From an uncultured bacterium (GTDB taxonomy: Bacteria; Krumholzibacteriota; Krumholzibacteriia; JACNKJ01), in the NCBI GenBank assembly GCA_963695095.1, contig CAVOFT010000001.1, positions 704,001-768,000 on the forward strand: a stretch of 64,000 bases of DNA. Direction: 5' to 3'. Position 1 is the stretch's first letter, and every line of letters begins with the position of its first letter. Below are positions 9,713 to 20,900 of this stretch, in pieces. The notes beneath the pieces were generated by a model, which was given only the letters and a program-made list of their open reading frames with translations, was not told the DNA's origin and did no database searches. The position numbers were made by a program, and so were the translations under genes.

Positions 9713-11755
9713 TCAACCCAGCTCTTCCGCGGGGGACCGGGCAGCCCCCGGCGCGCGCAGCAGGCGCAGGCCGTTGGCGATGACCAGCAGCGAGGCGCCC
9801 ATGTCCGCCACGATGGCCATCCAGAGCGTGGCCTGACCGGCGAGCGCAAGGCCGAGGAAGAGCAGCTTCAGGCCGAGGGCGAGCGCCACGTTCTGCCGGA
9901 TCACCGCCAGCACGCGCCGCGAGTGCATGACCAGCCAGGGCAGTCGCCCGAGGTCGTCGGTCATGAGCGCGATGTCGGCCGTCTCGATGGCGGCGTCCGT
10001 GCCGATGGCGCCCATCGCGATGCCGAGGTCGGCCGCGGCCAGGGCCGGCGCGTCGTTGATGCCGTCACCCACCATGGCCACGGGGCCCGCCGCGCGCAGG
10101 GCGCGCACCGCCGCCGCCTTGTCGGCCGGCAGCAGACCCGCGTGGATCTCGGGGGAGGCCCCGCCGGCCGCGAGCGCCGGCGCCAGGGCCAGCGCCACGC
10201 CCTCGCTGTCGCCGCTGAGCACCTGCTGCCGCGCGAGGCCGAGCCGCGCCAGCGCGCCGAGGGCGGCCGGCGCCTCGGGGCGCAGGCTGTCGCGAGCGGC
10301 GAGCAGGCCGAGGCAGCGCTCGCCGTCGGCGAGCACGAGCAGCGTGTGGCCCTCGCTCTCCAAGGCAGCTGCCGCGGCGGCGAGGGCGGACAGGGGATGG
10401 CCGAGCTCCTCCATCCAGGCCGGGCTGCCCAGCCACAGCTCGCAGCCCTCGACGCGGCCGTGGAGGCCGCGGCCCGGCACGGTTTCCAGATCCCTCGCGC
10501 CCGCGGCTTGCAGTCCCTTCGCTGCGGCGGCCTCGCGCACGGCGGCGGCCAGGGGATGGTTGCTGTGCGCCTCGAGCCCGGCGGCCAGGGCGAGCAGGCC
10601 GCCCTCGTCCAGGCCCCCCTCCGGCGCCGGCAATAGCAGTTCGACGCGCAGACGCCCGCGGCTCAGCGTGCCCGTCTTGTCGAAGGCGATGGCGGCGAGC
10701 CGTGCGGGCAGCTCCAGGTAGACGCCGCCCTTGATCAGCACGCCCTCGCGCGCCGCCCGCGCGAGCCCGGCCACGATGCTCACCGGCGTGGAGATCACCA
10801 GCGCGCAGGGGCAGGCGATCACGAGGATCACCAGCGCCTGATAGGCCCAGTGGGCCCAGCCGCCGCCGGCGACCAGCGGCGGCAGCAGCGCGACGAGGGC
10901 CGCCACGCCCAGCATGACCGGCGTGTAGACGCGCGCGAAGCGGTCCACCCAGCGCTCGGCCTGCGCGCGACTGCCCCGCGCCTGCTCGACCTCGCGCAGG
11001 ATGCGCGCGAGCAGGCTTTCGCGCGAGGTGTGCGTCACCTCGATCTCGAGCAGGCTCTCGCCGTTCACGCAGCCGGCGAAGACGGCGTCCCCGGGCAGCT
11101 TTGCCACCGGCAGCGATTCGCCCGTGATCGGCGACTGGTCCACCGTGCCCTGTCCATGCAGCACGCGACCGTCCAGGGGCATCCTCTCGCCGGCCAGCAC
11201 CCGCAGCCGCGCGCCGGCCGCCACCGACTCCACGGGCAGCAGCTGCTCCGCCTGGCCCTCGCCGAGCACCCGGGCGCGCTCGGGCGCCAGCGCGAGCAGC
11301 CCCGCGATGGCCCGCCGCGCGCGGTCCACGCTCCAGGATTCGAGCAGCAGGCTGAAGGCGAACAGGAAGCTCACCGTGGCCGCCTCGAAGCGCTCGCCGA
11401 GGGCGAGGGCGCCGAGCACGGCCAGGCTCATCAGCAGGTTCATGTCCGGCCGCAGGCGGACCAGAGAGCGCCAGGCTCGCGGCGCGACCAGCCAGAAGCC
11501 GGCGGCCACCGCGAGCAGGTAGAGGAGGGTGACCGCCGCCGGCATCGGCGCGGCCGCGACGCCGAGGGCGGCCCGCCAGCCGGCCTGGGCAAGGTGGGAG
11601 GCGAAGGCCGCAAGGAGGGTCAGGCCGCTGGCTGCGGTCAGCAGAGCCGGCGCCCAGCGCGCGCGCAGCCCCGCGGTGGCCACGCCGGCGGCCGGCGCGG
11701 CGCAGGCCTCGCCGCAGGCGCAGGCGATGCTCTCGGTGCCGGGCGGGTGAGCCAC
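9713..11755 (-). CDS. Heavy-metal-translocating P1B-type ATPase (ZntA/CadA-like)
   Basis: TGES, CPC in TM, DKTGT, HP and GDGINDAPAL motifs; TM7 Lys and TM8 'ADMG'. Confidence 0.9.
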   Translation of the reverse strand: MAHPPGTESIACACGEACAAPAAGVATAGLRARWAPALLTAASGLTLLAAFASHLAQAGWRAALGVAAAPMPAAVTLLYLLAVAAGFWLVAPRAWRSLVRLRPDMNLLMSLAVLGALALGERFEAATVSFLFAFSLLLESWSVDRARRAIAGLLALAPERARVLGEGQAEQLLPVESVAAGARLRVLAGERMPLDGRVLHGQGTVDQSPITGESLPVAKLPGDAVFAGCVNGESLLEIEVTHTSRESLLARILREVEQARGSRAQAERWVDRFARVYTPVMLGVAALVALLPPLVAGGGWAHWAYQALVILVIACPCALVISTPVSIVAGLARAAREGVLIKGGVYLELPARLAAIAFDKTGTLSRGRLRVELLLPAPEGGLDEGGLLALAAGLEAHSNHPLAAAVREAAAAKGLQAAGARDLETVPGRGLHGRVEGCELWLGSPAWMEELGHPLSALAAAAAALESEGHTLLVLADGERCLGLLAARDSLRPEAPAALGALARLGLARQQVLSGDSEGVALALAPALAAGGASPEIHAGLLPADKAAAVRALRAAGPVAMVGDGINDAPALAAADLGIAMGAIGTDAAIETADIALMTDDLGRLPWLVMHSRRVLAVIRQNVALALGLKLLFLGLALAGQATLWMAIVADMGASLLVIANGLRLLRAPGAARSPAEELG

Positions 11756-11759
11756 CGCG

Positions 11760-12089
11760 CTAGGCCGAGAAGCTGGTGCCGCAGCCGCAGCCGCCGGTGG
11801 CGTTGGGATTCTCGAAGCGGAAGCCGCCGCCGAGCAGCTTCTGCTCGAAGTCGATCACGAGGCCCTTGATGTAGAAGTAGCTCTTCATGTCGACCACCAC
11901 CGGCACCCCCTGGCTCTCGAAGCGCTGGTCGGCGTCGCCGAGGCCCGCGGCATCCTCCAGGCCCAGCTCGTAGCTGAAGCCGCTGCAGCCGCCGCTCTTG
12001 ATGCCCAGGCGCAGGTGGGCCTGCGTCTGGCCGGACTGGGCCATGAGCCGCCGCACTTCGCTCGCCGCGTTTTCCGTGAGTGTGATCAT
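11760..12089 (-). CDS. iscA: A-type Fe-S carrier (IscA/HesB family)
   Basis: MITLTENAA...GGCSGFSY...[14 protein letters not shown]. Confidence 0.92.
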   Translation of the reverse strand: MITLTENAASEVRRLMAQSGQTQAHLRLGIKSGGCSGFSYELGLEDAAGLGDADQRFESQGVPVVVDMKSYFYIKGLVIDFEQKLLGGGFRFENPNATGGCGCGTSFSA

Positions 12090-13742
12090 GCCATGCCGCT
12101 CCTTGCCTGTTCGATGGATTCCAGGGACTCGCGCCGCGGGTCGGCGGCGCGCAGCGCTCGGACGGCGGCGGCCACCGCCGCCACGGTGGAAGCAATCTCC
12201 TCGCCCGTCGTGAAGCGGCCGAGGCTGAATCGCAGGGCGCCGGCCGCGCGGGCTCTGTCCAGCCCCATCGCCGCCAGCACGTGGGAGGGGGCCTCGCTGG
12301 CCGTGCTGCAGGCCGAGGCGCTGGAGAGCGCGATGTTGCGCAGGCGCATGAGCAGGCCGTCGGCATCCACGCCCGCGAAGCTCAGGTTGAGGTTGCCGGC
12401 GAGCCGCGGCGAGCGGGCGCCGTTGAGCGCGACGCCGTCGAGGCGTTCGCCGAGGCCGGCAAGCAGGGCGTCGCGCAGCCCGGCAAGGCGCTGGGCTTCC
12501 GCGGCCATCTCCGCCGCGGCCAGGCGCGCCGCCGCGCCCAGGCCCACGATGCCGGGCACGTTGAGCGTGCCCGAGCGCAGGCCCTTCTCGTGGCCGCCGC
12601 CGTGAAGCTGGGGCTCCAGGCGCACGCGCGGCTCGCGCCGGCGCAGGTAGAGCGCGCCCACGCCCTTGGGCCCGTAGAGCTTGTGCGCCGAGAGGCTGAG
12701 CAGGTCGATCTGCATGGCCTCGACGTCGAGGGGGATCTTGCCCGCCGCCTGCGCCGCGTCCACGTGCAGGAGAACGCCGCGCGCGCGCGTCAGCGCGCCG
12801 ATCTCGGCGATGGGGTGGACGAGGCCGATCTCGTTGTTGGCCGCCATCAGGCTGACGAGCACGGTGTCCGGCCGCAGCGCGCCGCGCAGGGCGTCCAGGT
12901 CGAGGCGGCCCTCGCCGTCCACGCCGAGCACGGTGACTTCCCAGCCCCGCCGCGCGAGCGCCTGCAGGGGATCGAGCACCGAGGGATGCTCGGTGGCGCA
13001 GGTCACCAGGTGGCGGCCGCGCTCGGCGGTGGGCCTCGGCCGCGCCCTTGAGCGCCAGGTTGTTGGATTCGGTGGCCCCGCTCGTGAAGACGATCTCGCC
13101 CGGCGCGGCGCCGATGAGCGCAGCCACGTCCGCCCGCGCGAGCTTCACGGCCGCGGCCGCCTCCCAGCCGAAGCTGTGCTGGCGGCTGGCGGCGTTGCCG
13201 AAGCGCCCGTCTTCGTAGGGCGCCATTGCGGCGCGCACGCGCGGGTCCAGCGGCGTGGTCGCCTGGTTGTCGAGGTAGATGCTGCGCGGCCGCGCGCCGT
13301 CCGCCCCCGGGGGCGGATCGGCGAGCCGAGCCGCGGCGCCGGGGAGGGCCACCTCGCCGTGGCCGGCGAGTTCCACGAGACTGAGCGCCGCGAAGCGCGC
13401 GGCCAGCTCCGCCTGCACGGCGGCCAGGGGCGCCGAGTAGCCGCAGGAGCGGGCCGCCGCCTGGCCCACGCCATTGGTCGCCGCATCCTCGACGGCCTCG
13501 ATGATGGCCCCCAGGGAGATCGCCGCCGGCGGCCGGGCGAGCCGGTAGCCGCCCCGGGCGCCCAGCTGGCTCTCGCAGAGACCGGCTCGCGCCATCGCCT
13601 GCAGGAGCTTGGCCGTGAGCTGGACGGGGATGTCGTGGCAGGCCGCGATCTCCCTGGCGCTGACCAGGCCGGCATCGCTGCGCGAGGCCATGTGGAGCAG
13701 GGCCTGGACCGCGTAATCCGTTTTTCGATTGAACTTTAGCAC
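12086..13742 (-). CDS. iscS: Rrf2 transcriptional regulator fused to cysteine desulfurase IscS (frameshift near 13020)
   Basis: The Rrf2 wHTH (DYAVQAL...[21 protein letters not shown]) runs without a stop into [10 protein letters not shown] and [10 protein letters not shown]. After the frameshift come [22 protein letters not shown] and SSASAC. Confidence 0.85.
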
Positions 13743-13774
13743 GGTGGCCCCTGAACCGGAGTCCGGGGTGGCAA

Positions 13775-13797
13775 ATGCCGACCGATTTGGTCGGGAT
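13775..13797. promoter_or_regulatory. IscR type-1-like operator palindrome
   Basis: Minus strand ATCCCGACC-AAATC-GGTCGGCAT, just downstream of the -10 box and upstream of the Rrf2 start. Confidence 0.7.
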
Positions 13798-15104
13798 CAC
13801 AAGGTAGGCGGCGCGGCCCCGCCTGTCAAGGCGGGATCCTTGGGCAGGAGGGCCAGCAGGATCAGGCCCACGAGGAAGAAGGCGCCCAGGGCCAGGATGG
13901 AGAGCCGGGCCGTGCCGGTCAGCTGCCGGATCAGCGCGAAGAGGACCGGCCCGCCGATGGCGCTGAACTTGGCGAAGACGCTGTAGAAGCCGAAGTACTC
14001 GGCGCTCTTGGCCGGCGGCACGAAGCGCGCGAAGAAGCTGCGGCTGAGCGCCTGCGTGGCGCCGAGGCAGAAGCCCACCGCGGCGCCGAGCAGCCAGAAC
14101 TCCCAGGCGGCGGCGAGCCGGTAGCCCCAGAACACCACGGCGATCCAGATGACGAGGCTCAGCATCAGCGCGCCGCGCGCGCCGATGCGCACGGCAATGC
14201 GGCCGAAGAGCAGGGCGCCCGGCACGCCCACGATCTGCACCAGCAGCAGCGTGCCAAGTAGCGTGCCCGTGCCCAGGTGCAGCTCGTCCTTGCCGTAGAT
14301 CGAGGCCATCTTGACCACGGTCTGCACGCCGTCGTTGTAGAAGAGGAAGGCCAGGCAGAACACGGCCATCGCCGGCCGCGCCAGCACGCCGCGGAAGCTG
14401 AGACCGGTTTCGCGCAGGGCGCCCGGCAGCGACAGGCGGCGCGCCGGCGGCCCGGCCGGCTCCGCCAGCCAGCGCCAGGCGAGCAGGCCGAAGCCGCCCC
14501 ACCAAAGACCAGCCGAGCAGAGCGCGAGCCGCACTGCCCACTCCTTGCTGAGGCCGAAGCTGCCGTGCAGCTGGATCAGCAGCAGGTCGAGGAGGAAGAG
14601 GAGGCCGCCGCCCGCGTAACCCCAGGCGAAGCCGCGGGCGCTGATCGCGTCCTGCGCGGCGGGCGGGCCGAGCGTGGGCAGGAAGGCGTCGTAGAAGACG
14701 TTCGCGGCGACGAAGAGCGTCGCCGCGGCGATGTAGAGGCCGAGGGCGAGGGCCACGTCGCCGGGACCCACGGTGAGGAGCAGGCTGGTGGCGAAGGCCC
14801 CCGGCAGGAAGCAGCCGATCAGCCAGCGCCGGCGGGAGCGGGAGGCGTCGGCCATGGCGCCGAGCAAAGGCGCGCTGAGAAAGACCAGCAGCGAGGAGAA
14901 GCCCGAGGCGTAGCCCCAGAGGCTGGTGGCGCTGAGCGTGGCGCCGAAGAGGCGGGCCCCGCCGGCCGGCACCACCGCCTCGGCGAAGTAGACGGGCAGC
15001 AGCGCCGCGAGGATGACCGTCGCGAAGGCCGAGTTCGCCCAGTCGTAGAGATACCAGCCGCGCAGGCTGCGGGCGGCGGCGCTCACCGGGCCGCGGGCCT
15101 TCAC
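13797..15104 (-). CDS. MFS transporter (UMF1/Atg22-like)
   Basis: WYLYDWANSAF, FYDAFLP, FYNDGVQT and QALSRSFF motifs. Confidence 0.88.
   Translation of the reverse strand: MKARGPVSAAARSLRGWYLYDWANSAFATVILAALLPVYFAEAVVPAGGARLFGATLSATSLWGYASGFSSLLVFLSAPLLGAMADASRSRRRWLIGCFLPGAFATSLLLTVGPGDVALALGLYIAAATLFVAANVFYDAFLPTLGPPAAQDAISARGFAWGYAGGGLLFLLDLLLIQLHGSFGLSKEWAVRLALCSAGLWWGGFGLLAWRWLAEPAGPPARRLSLPGALRETGLSFRGVLARPAMAVFCLAFLFYNDGVQTVVKMASIYGKDELHLGTGTLLGTLLLVQIVGVPGALLFGRIAVRIGARGALMLSLVIWIAVVFWGYRLAAAWEFWLLGAAVGFCLGATQALSRSFFARFVPPAKSAEYFGFYSVFAKFSAIGGPVLFALIRQLTGTARLSILALGAFFLVGLILLALLPKDPALTGGAAPPTL
13801..13829 (-). promoter_or_regulatory. Sigma70 promoter of the rrf2-iscS-iscA-ATPase operon
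   Basis: TTGACA-17nt-TACCTT within the 3' end of the MFS gene. Confidence 0.7.
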
Positions 15105-15645
15105 CGCAAGCCCTCGGCCGCGAGCAGCCCTGCCTCGAAGCGCTGCCTGAGCAGGGCGGCCGGCGCCGTGCCGAGGATCAGCCGCCGCGGGCCGTGGGCG
15201 CCGAGCACCAGGGTCTTCTCGATGTCGGCCGTGCGGCTCGGTCCCGTGATCAGGGTGAGCGCGTGGCCCGCTCGCGCGCGCCAGGCGCTGGGATCGGCCG
15301 CCGGCGCCGCGCCGATCGCGGCGAGGTAGTCCGCGAGGCTCTCGTACAGCCGCTCCTCCGCTGCGAGCGCGAAGTGGGTCTCGGCGAGGAAGGCCGCGCG
15401 CCGCGCGCCGGCGTGCCGCGCGGAGAGGATCAGCGTGCCGCTCTCGGCGATGAGTCCCCTCGATGAGCGTGGCCCCGCGGCCATCTTCCGCGAGGCCGGC
15501 GGCGGCGAACCTGCCCTCGGCGAACCGCGGCCAGGCAGCCTCGGCGAGGAAGGCATCCAGCGCGGCAAGATCCGCGAGACGGCGCCATTCGCTGTGGCTC
15601 TCGGCGAGGCGCGTCGTCGAGCGTGGCGAGCAGGGTGCCGTTCAC
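15101..15645 (-). CDS. lutC: LUD-domain lactate utilisation protein C (frameshifted)
   Basis: GLIAESGT and LITGPSRTADIEKTLVLGAHGP; lies downstream of lutAB. Confidence 0.8.
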
Positions 15646-17071
15646 GAGAGCCGCCCGGGATGGCGCCGCTTCAGCTCGGCGGCGAAGCTGCGGCGAGGGG
15701 CGGCCGGCAGCGCGCGCTCGGTGCTCCAGTCGCGGCCGAGCGCGGAGGCCAGGCCGCGCAGAGGCGAGCGCAGCCCCGCGCGCAGCAGGGCGCCCGCGCA
15801 GCGCCAGGCCCGGGCCGCGCCGTCAGCGCGGCGAAGAAGCCGCCAGGGCCGCGCGCTGCCCGCCGGGCCCGCGGCCTCCCGCGCCGCGCGCGCCTTCCAG
15901 ATCAGCGTCGGGCAGGGGAATCGCCGCCGGGCAGATCTCCGCGCAGGCGCCGCAGAGGGCGCAGACGTCGGCGAGGCTGCCGGCCGGCGCGTGCGCCGAG
16001 CGCCCGTCGGCGGCGAGCGCCGTCCCGCCGAGATAGGGCGCGAGGAGGATGCCCATCGGCCCCGGATAGACGCCGCCATAGCTGTGCCCGCCCGCGTGGC
16101 GGAAGCAGGGGCAGACGTTCAGGCAGCTGCCGCAGCGCAGGCAGGCGAGGATCTCCGCCTCGGGGCTCGCGGCCAGCGCGCGGCGGCCGTTGTCGAGGAA
16201 GATGAGGTGGCGCGCGGTCGGGCCATCGCCGGCCGGCGCGGGGCCGTTGATGAGGCTGGTGTAGCTGCCCGCGCGCTGGCCGGTGGCGTTCAGCGGCAGC
16301 AGGCGCAGCAGGGGATCGAGGTCGGCCAGGCGCGGCAGCACCTTCTCGATGCCGGCGATCGCGATGTGCAGGGGCGGCAGGCTCGAGGTCAGCCCGATGT
16401 TGCCCTCGTTCTCCAGCAGCAGCAGGCTGCCCGTCTCGGCGACGACGAAGTTCGCGCCCGTGATGCCGGCCCCGGCGGCGAGGAACTTGCCGCGCAGGTG
16501 CGCGCGGGCCTGCGCGGTGAGGGTCTCGGGGTCCTCGCTGGCCGGCCCGAGCCGGCGCTCGGCGAAGAGGGCGCCGATCTGGCGGCGGTTCAGGTGCAGG
16601 GCCGGCGCCGTGATGTGGCTGGGCCGCTGGCCGAGCTGCTGCACGATGAACTCGCCGAGGTCGGTCTCGACCACCTCGATGCCGGCGGCCTCGAGGGCGG
16701 GGTTGAGATCGATCTCCTCGGTGATCATCGACTTGCTCTTCACGACGAGGCGCGACGCCGGCCGCGGCGAGAAGCGCGAGCACGATGGCGCGCGCGGCAG
16801 CCGCATCGGCGGCCTCGTGCACGGTGAAGCCCGCCTCGGCGAGGCGCGTCTTGGCCTCGGCGAGCAGGGCCTCGCGCGCCGCGGGGCTCTGGCGCCGGGC
16901 CGCGGCGACGGCCTCGCGATCGGCGTCGGCGCTGGGCAGCTCGGCGAGCAGGGCGCGGCGCTTGGCCAGGGTCTGCGCGGTGGCCCGGCGGAGGTTGCCG
17001 TGCAGCTCCGCGTCGGCGAGGGCGGCGGCGCTGCGGCGGCGGAAGGCGCGGGTGGCGGCGGCGCGCATCAT
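15642..17071 (-). CDS. lutB: Lactate utilisation Fe-S protein B (frameshifted)
   Basis: VKSKSMITEEI, ETDLGEFIVQ, ENEGN, CLRCGSCLNVCP and CALCGACAEICP. Confidence 0.88.
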
Positions 17072-17817
17072 CGGGGTCCGTCTCCGGCGCCCTCGGCCGC
17101 CGGTGCGGCGAGGATCTCGGCCAGGTGCAGGCCGCGAAAGGCGAGGCCCCGGCGGCGAGCGCGGCCCTCGAGCTGCAGCAGGCAGCTCACGTCCGTGAGG
17201 ACGAGGGTGTCCGTGCCCGCCGTGGCGAGGGCGGCCAGGCGCTCGTCGGCCATGGCTGCGGAGAGCTCGGGCAACTTCGCGGCGAAGACGCCGCCGAAGC
17301 CGCAGCACTCGTGCTCGGGACCGCCGGCGTCCACCAGCTCGAGACCCTCGACGGCGGCGAGCAGGCGACGCGGCGCCTCGGCCACGCCCAGCTCGCGCAG
17401 GGCGTGGCAGCCGTCCTGGAAGGCCACGCGCCCCGGCCAGCGGGCGCCGAGCTCGACCTGGCCGAGCACACCGACGAGGAAGTCGCTGAGCTCGTAGCAG
17501 CGCGGGGCGAGGGCCGCGAAGTCCGCTCGTTCGGCGGGGCTCAGGCCGGGCAGCTCCGGGTAGCGGCGGAGCATGGCCACGCAGCTCGCCGAGGGGCTGA
17601 CCACGCAGTCGGCCGCGCCGAAGCGGCGCAGGAAGTGCCGCGCGGCGGGCAGGGCCAGGTCGGGGTGCCCCGCGTTGGAGGCCGGCTGGCCGCAGCAGGT
17701 CTGCCCTGCGGGGTAGTGCCAATCCAGCCCCAGGCGCTCGAACAGCCTCGCGGTGGCGAGGCCGACCGCGGGCCGCAAGTGCTCTATGTAACAAGGAATG
17801 AAAAGCGCGGGGCGCAT
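17068..17817 (-). CDS. lutA: Lactate utilisation protein A (CCG-domain Fe-S oxidoreductase)
   Basis: LFIPCY, QTCCGQP, CCGFGG and DVSCLLQL. Confidence 0.88.
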   Translation of the reverse strand: MRPALFIPCYIEHLRPAVGLATARLFERLGLDWHYPAGQTCCGQPASNAGHPDLALPAARHFLRRFGAADCVVSPSASCVAMLRRYPELPGLSPAERADFAALAPRCYELSDFLVGVLGQVELGARWPGRVAFQDGCHALRELGVAEAPRRLLAAVEGLELVDAGGPEHECCGFGGVFAAKLPELSAAMADERLAALATAGTDTLVLTDVSCLLQLEGRARRRGLAFRGLHLAEILAAPAAEGAGDGPR

Positions 17818-17973
17818 GGGCGCACTCTACATCCTCGGGCCGGCCGCCCGCCAGCGGGAAGCGCGGGCCGGCGGGGCGGCTTCGCATTGTCGCCGGCCGC
17901 CGAATTCTGATAAAATGGCCCTGTTCGCTCTGTTCTGCAACACTCGGGTCTACCCGCGATGGGAGGGGGAGTC

Positions 17974-20900
17974 ATGCGACGATTGGTCTTGCTGTCCGTC
18001 TTGCTGGCGCTCGTGGCCCTGCCGGCCGCAGCGCGGCAGGTGCTGCTGGCGAGCGGCGCCGAACCCTACGACGCTCGAACTGCTCTCGGCCACGCCGGAG
18101 CGCAGCGTGATCGAGCTGCAGGCTCAACCACTTCGACCTGGAGGCCGTGGCCATCGACGGCGCTTCCTGGGCGGAAGTGACGCTCGGGGGGCGCGCCCTG
18201 CACACGGAGCGGGGCCTGCCGGCCCTGCCCACCCTGCGCGAGTCGCTGGTCATCCCCGACGACGGCGTGATGGCCCTGCGCGTGCTCGGCGTCGAGTACA
18301 CCGAGCTGGCCGGCGTGGACGTGGCGCCCTCCAAGGGCCACATCCTGCGCAACATCGACCCGGCTTTGGTGGACTACGCCTTCGCCGACTTCTACCAGGA
18401 GGACGCCTGGTACCCGCGGGAGAGCGCTCGCCTGGAGACGCCCTACATCCTGCGCGACACGCGCGGCCTCGTCGTGGAGCTGAATCCCTTCCAGTACAAC
18501 CCGGCCACCCACACCCTGCGCGTGGCCACGCGGCTCACGGTGGAGGTGAGCCTGGCCGGTGCCGGCGGGGACAACGTGCTCACTCAGCGGCCCACGGCGC
18601 GCGTGGCGGAGTTCGAGCAGGTCTACGCGCGGCACTACCTGAACTACACGGCGCTGAACGGGCGCTACGCGAGCATCGGCGAGGTGGGCTCGATGCTGGT
18701 GATCTGCTACGACGCCTACGCGAGCGCGGCGCAGCCCTTCGTGGCCTGGAAGAACCAGCTCGGCATTCCGACCACGCTGGTCAACGTGAGCGCGGTGGGT
18801 TCGACGGGAGCGCAGATCAAGGCCTACATCCAGAACCTGTACAACACGAGTGACCTGACCTTCATCGTGCTCGTGGGCGACGCGGCCCAGGTGCCCTACT
18901 TCAGCAACGGCGGGGCGTCGGACCCGAGCTACGCCTTCCTGGCGGGCGGGGACAACTACCCGGACGCCTTCGTGGGCCGCTTCTCGGCGGAGACGCGTGG
19001 CCCAGGTGGAAACCCAGGTGACCCGTTCGATCGAGTACGAGCGCGACGCGCAGGCGGCGGCCTGGTATCCCAAGGGCGTCGGCATCGCCTCCTCCGAAGG
19101 CGCCGGCATCGGCGACGACGGCGAGGCGGACTGGCAGCACATGGACGTGATCCGCGGCAAGCTGCTGGGCTTCACCTACGACCAGGTGGACCAGATCTAC
19201 GCCACCAACGGCGGCACGGCGGCCATGGTGACGAGCGCCGTCAATGCCGGGCGCAGCGTCATCAACTACTGCGGGCACGGATCGATGACCACCTGGGTGA
19301 CGACGGGCTTCTCGAACACCCACGTGAACGCGCTGGTCAACGACAACAAGCTGCCCTTCATCATCAGCGTGGCCTGCAACAACGGCGAGTTCCAGAGCGG
19401 CACCTGCTTCGCCGAGGCCTGGCTGCGGGCCACGAACGGCGGCGAGCCGACGGGCGCGGTGGGCATGTACGCCTCGACGATCAGCATGAGCTGGGCGCCG
19501 CCGATGTGCGGCCAGGACGAGATCATCGACCTGCTGGTCGCCGAGGAGAAGCGCACCTACGGCGCGCTCTGCTTCAACGGCGCCTGCCAGATGAACGACG
19601 AGTACGGCGCCAGCGGCGAGAACGAGACGAAGTTCTGGACGATCTTCGGCGACCCCAGCCTGCGCGTGCGCACGGCGGCGCCGCAGGCCGTCGCGGTGGA
19701 CCACTTCGCGACCGTGGATCCGCTGATGCCCGGCTTCACCGTCACCACCGAACCCGGGCAACCTGGCCGCGCTGAGCTACCAGGGCCAGCCCATCGGCGC
19801 CGCCTTCGCGGATGCGAGCGGCACGGCCGTGGTGCCCTTCACCTACGGCCTGCCCACGCCGGGCAGTCGAGGTGACGCTCACGGTGAGCGGCTTCAACCG
19901 CTTCACGAGCGTGGAGCAGATCCTGGTCGGCGACGGCCTGGTGCCCACCTGCGAGGTGACGCCGGCCTCGTTCTTCAAGACGATGATGCCGGACCAGACG
20001 CAGACCGACTACCTGCACATCGCGAACAACGGGGAAGAGGGCTCCACCCTCTACTACAGCATCGCGCTCAGCGACCCGGACTTCCCGGCGGCCAAGCGCG
20101 CGGGTGGCGAGCGCAACATCGCCGGCTCCACGCTGGACGTCGATCTGGCCGGCTTCTACCCGGGCATGAGCTACGACGTGGTCTTCACCGCGCACTGCGT
20201 CTCGCCCGACAACGAGTGGATCAAGCTGGTGGACTTCGACCTGCCCGCCGGGGTCGTGCTCAACGCGGCCACGGCGATGACGGGCGGCACGGGCGGACCG
20301 ATGCCCTATGTCGGCGGCACCGGCGACGGCATCGCCGCCGGCTGGCACGGCACGAGTACCTACGGCAACATCTATCCCAACGAGAGCGGCACCGCGACGG
20401 TGAACCTCACCTTCGCCGGGGTGGCGAGCGACGTGGTGATTCCCTACACCATCACGGGCGACATCTGGGGCGGCGATCCGCACACCGTGAGCGGCGAGAT
20501 CGTGATCGGCATGCTCGGGCCGAACGTCACCGTGGTCGCGCCCAACGGCGGCGAACTCTGCGCGGTGGGCGAGACGGAGGCCATCCAGTGGGTGGCCGGC
20601 GGCGGCCCGGTGAACGTGAAGGTGGAACTCACCCGCGACGGCTTCACCTGGGAGACGCTGGCAGCCAGCCTGCCCGCGGGCTTCGGCGTCTACAACTGGC
20701 CGGTGACGGGGCCGATCACGCCCCACGCCCGCGTGCGCGTGAGCGACGTGGCGGACCCGCTGATCACCGATATCAGCAACGGCGAGTTCACGATCTTCCG
20801 CGAGATGACCTGGGTGCAGATGGCCACGATGAGCGGCACGGTGCCCGAGGGCGCGACGGTGGACCTGCCGGTCGTCTTCGACACGGCCGGCCTGCCGGAT

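Noticed and set aside
11760..13742. Triple Rrf2-IscS-IscA fusion suggested by the 660-aa ORF
   Set aside because: An artefact of the frameshift near 13020. IscS ends at its own stop (12086) and iscA has its own RBS and ATG.
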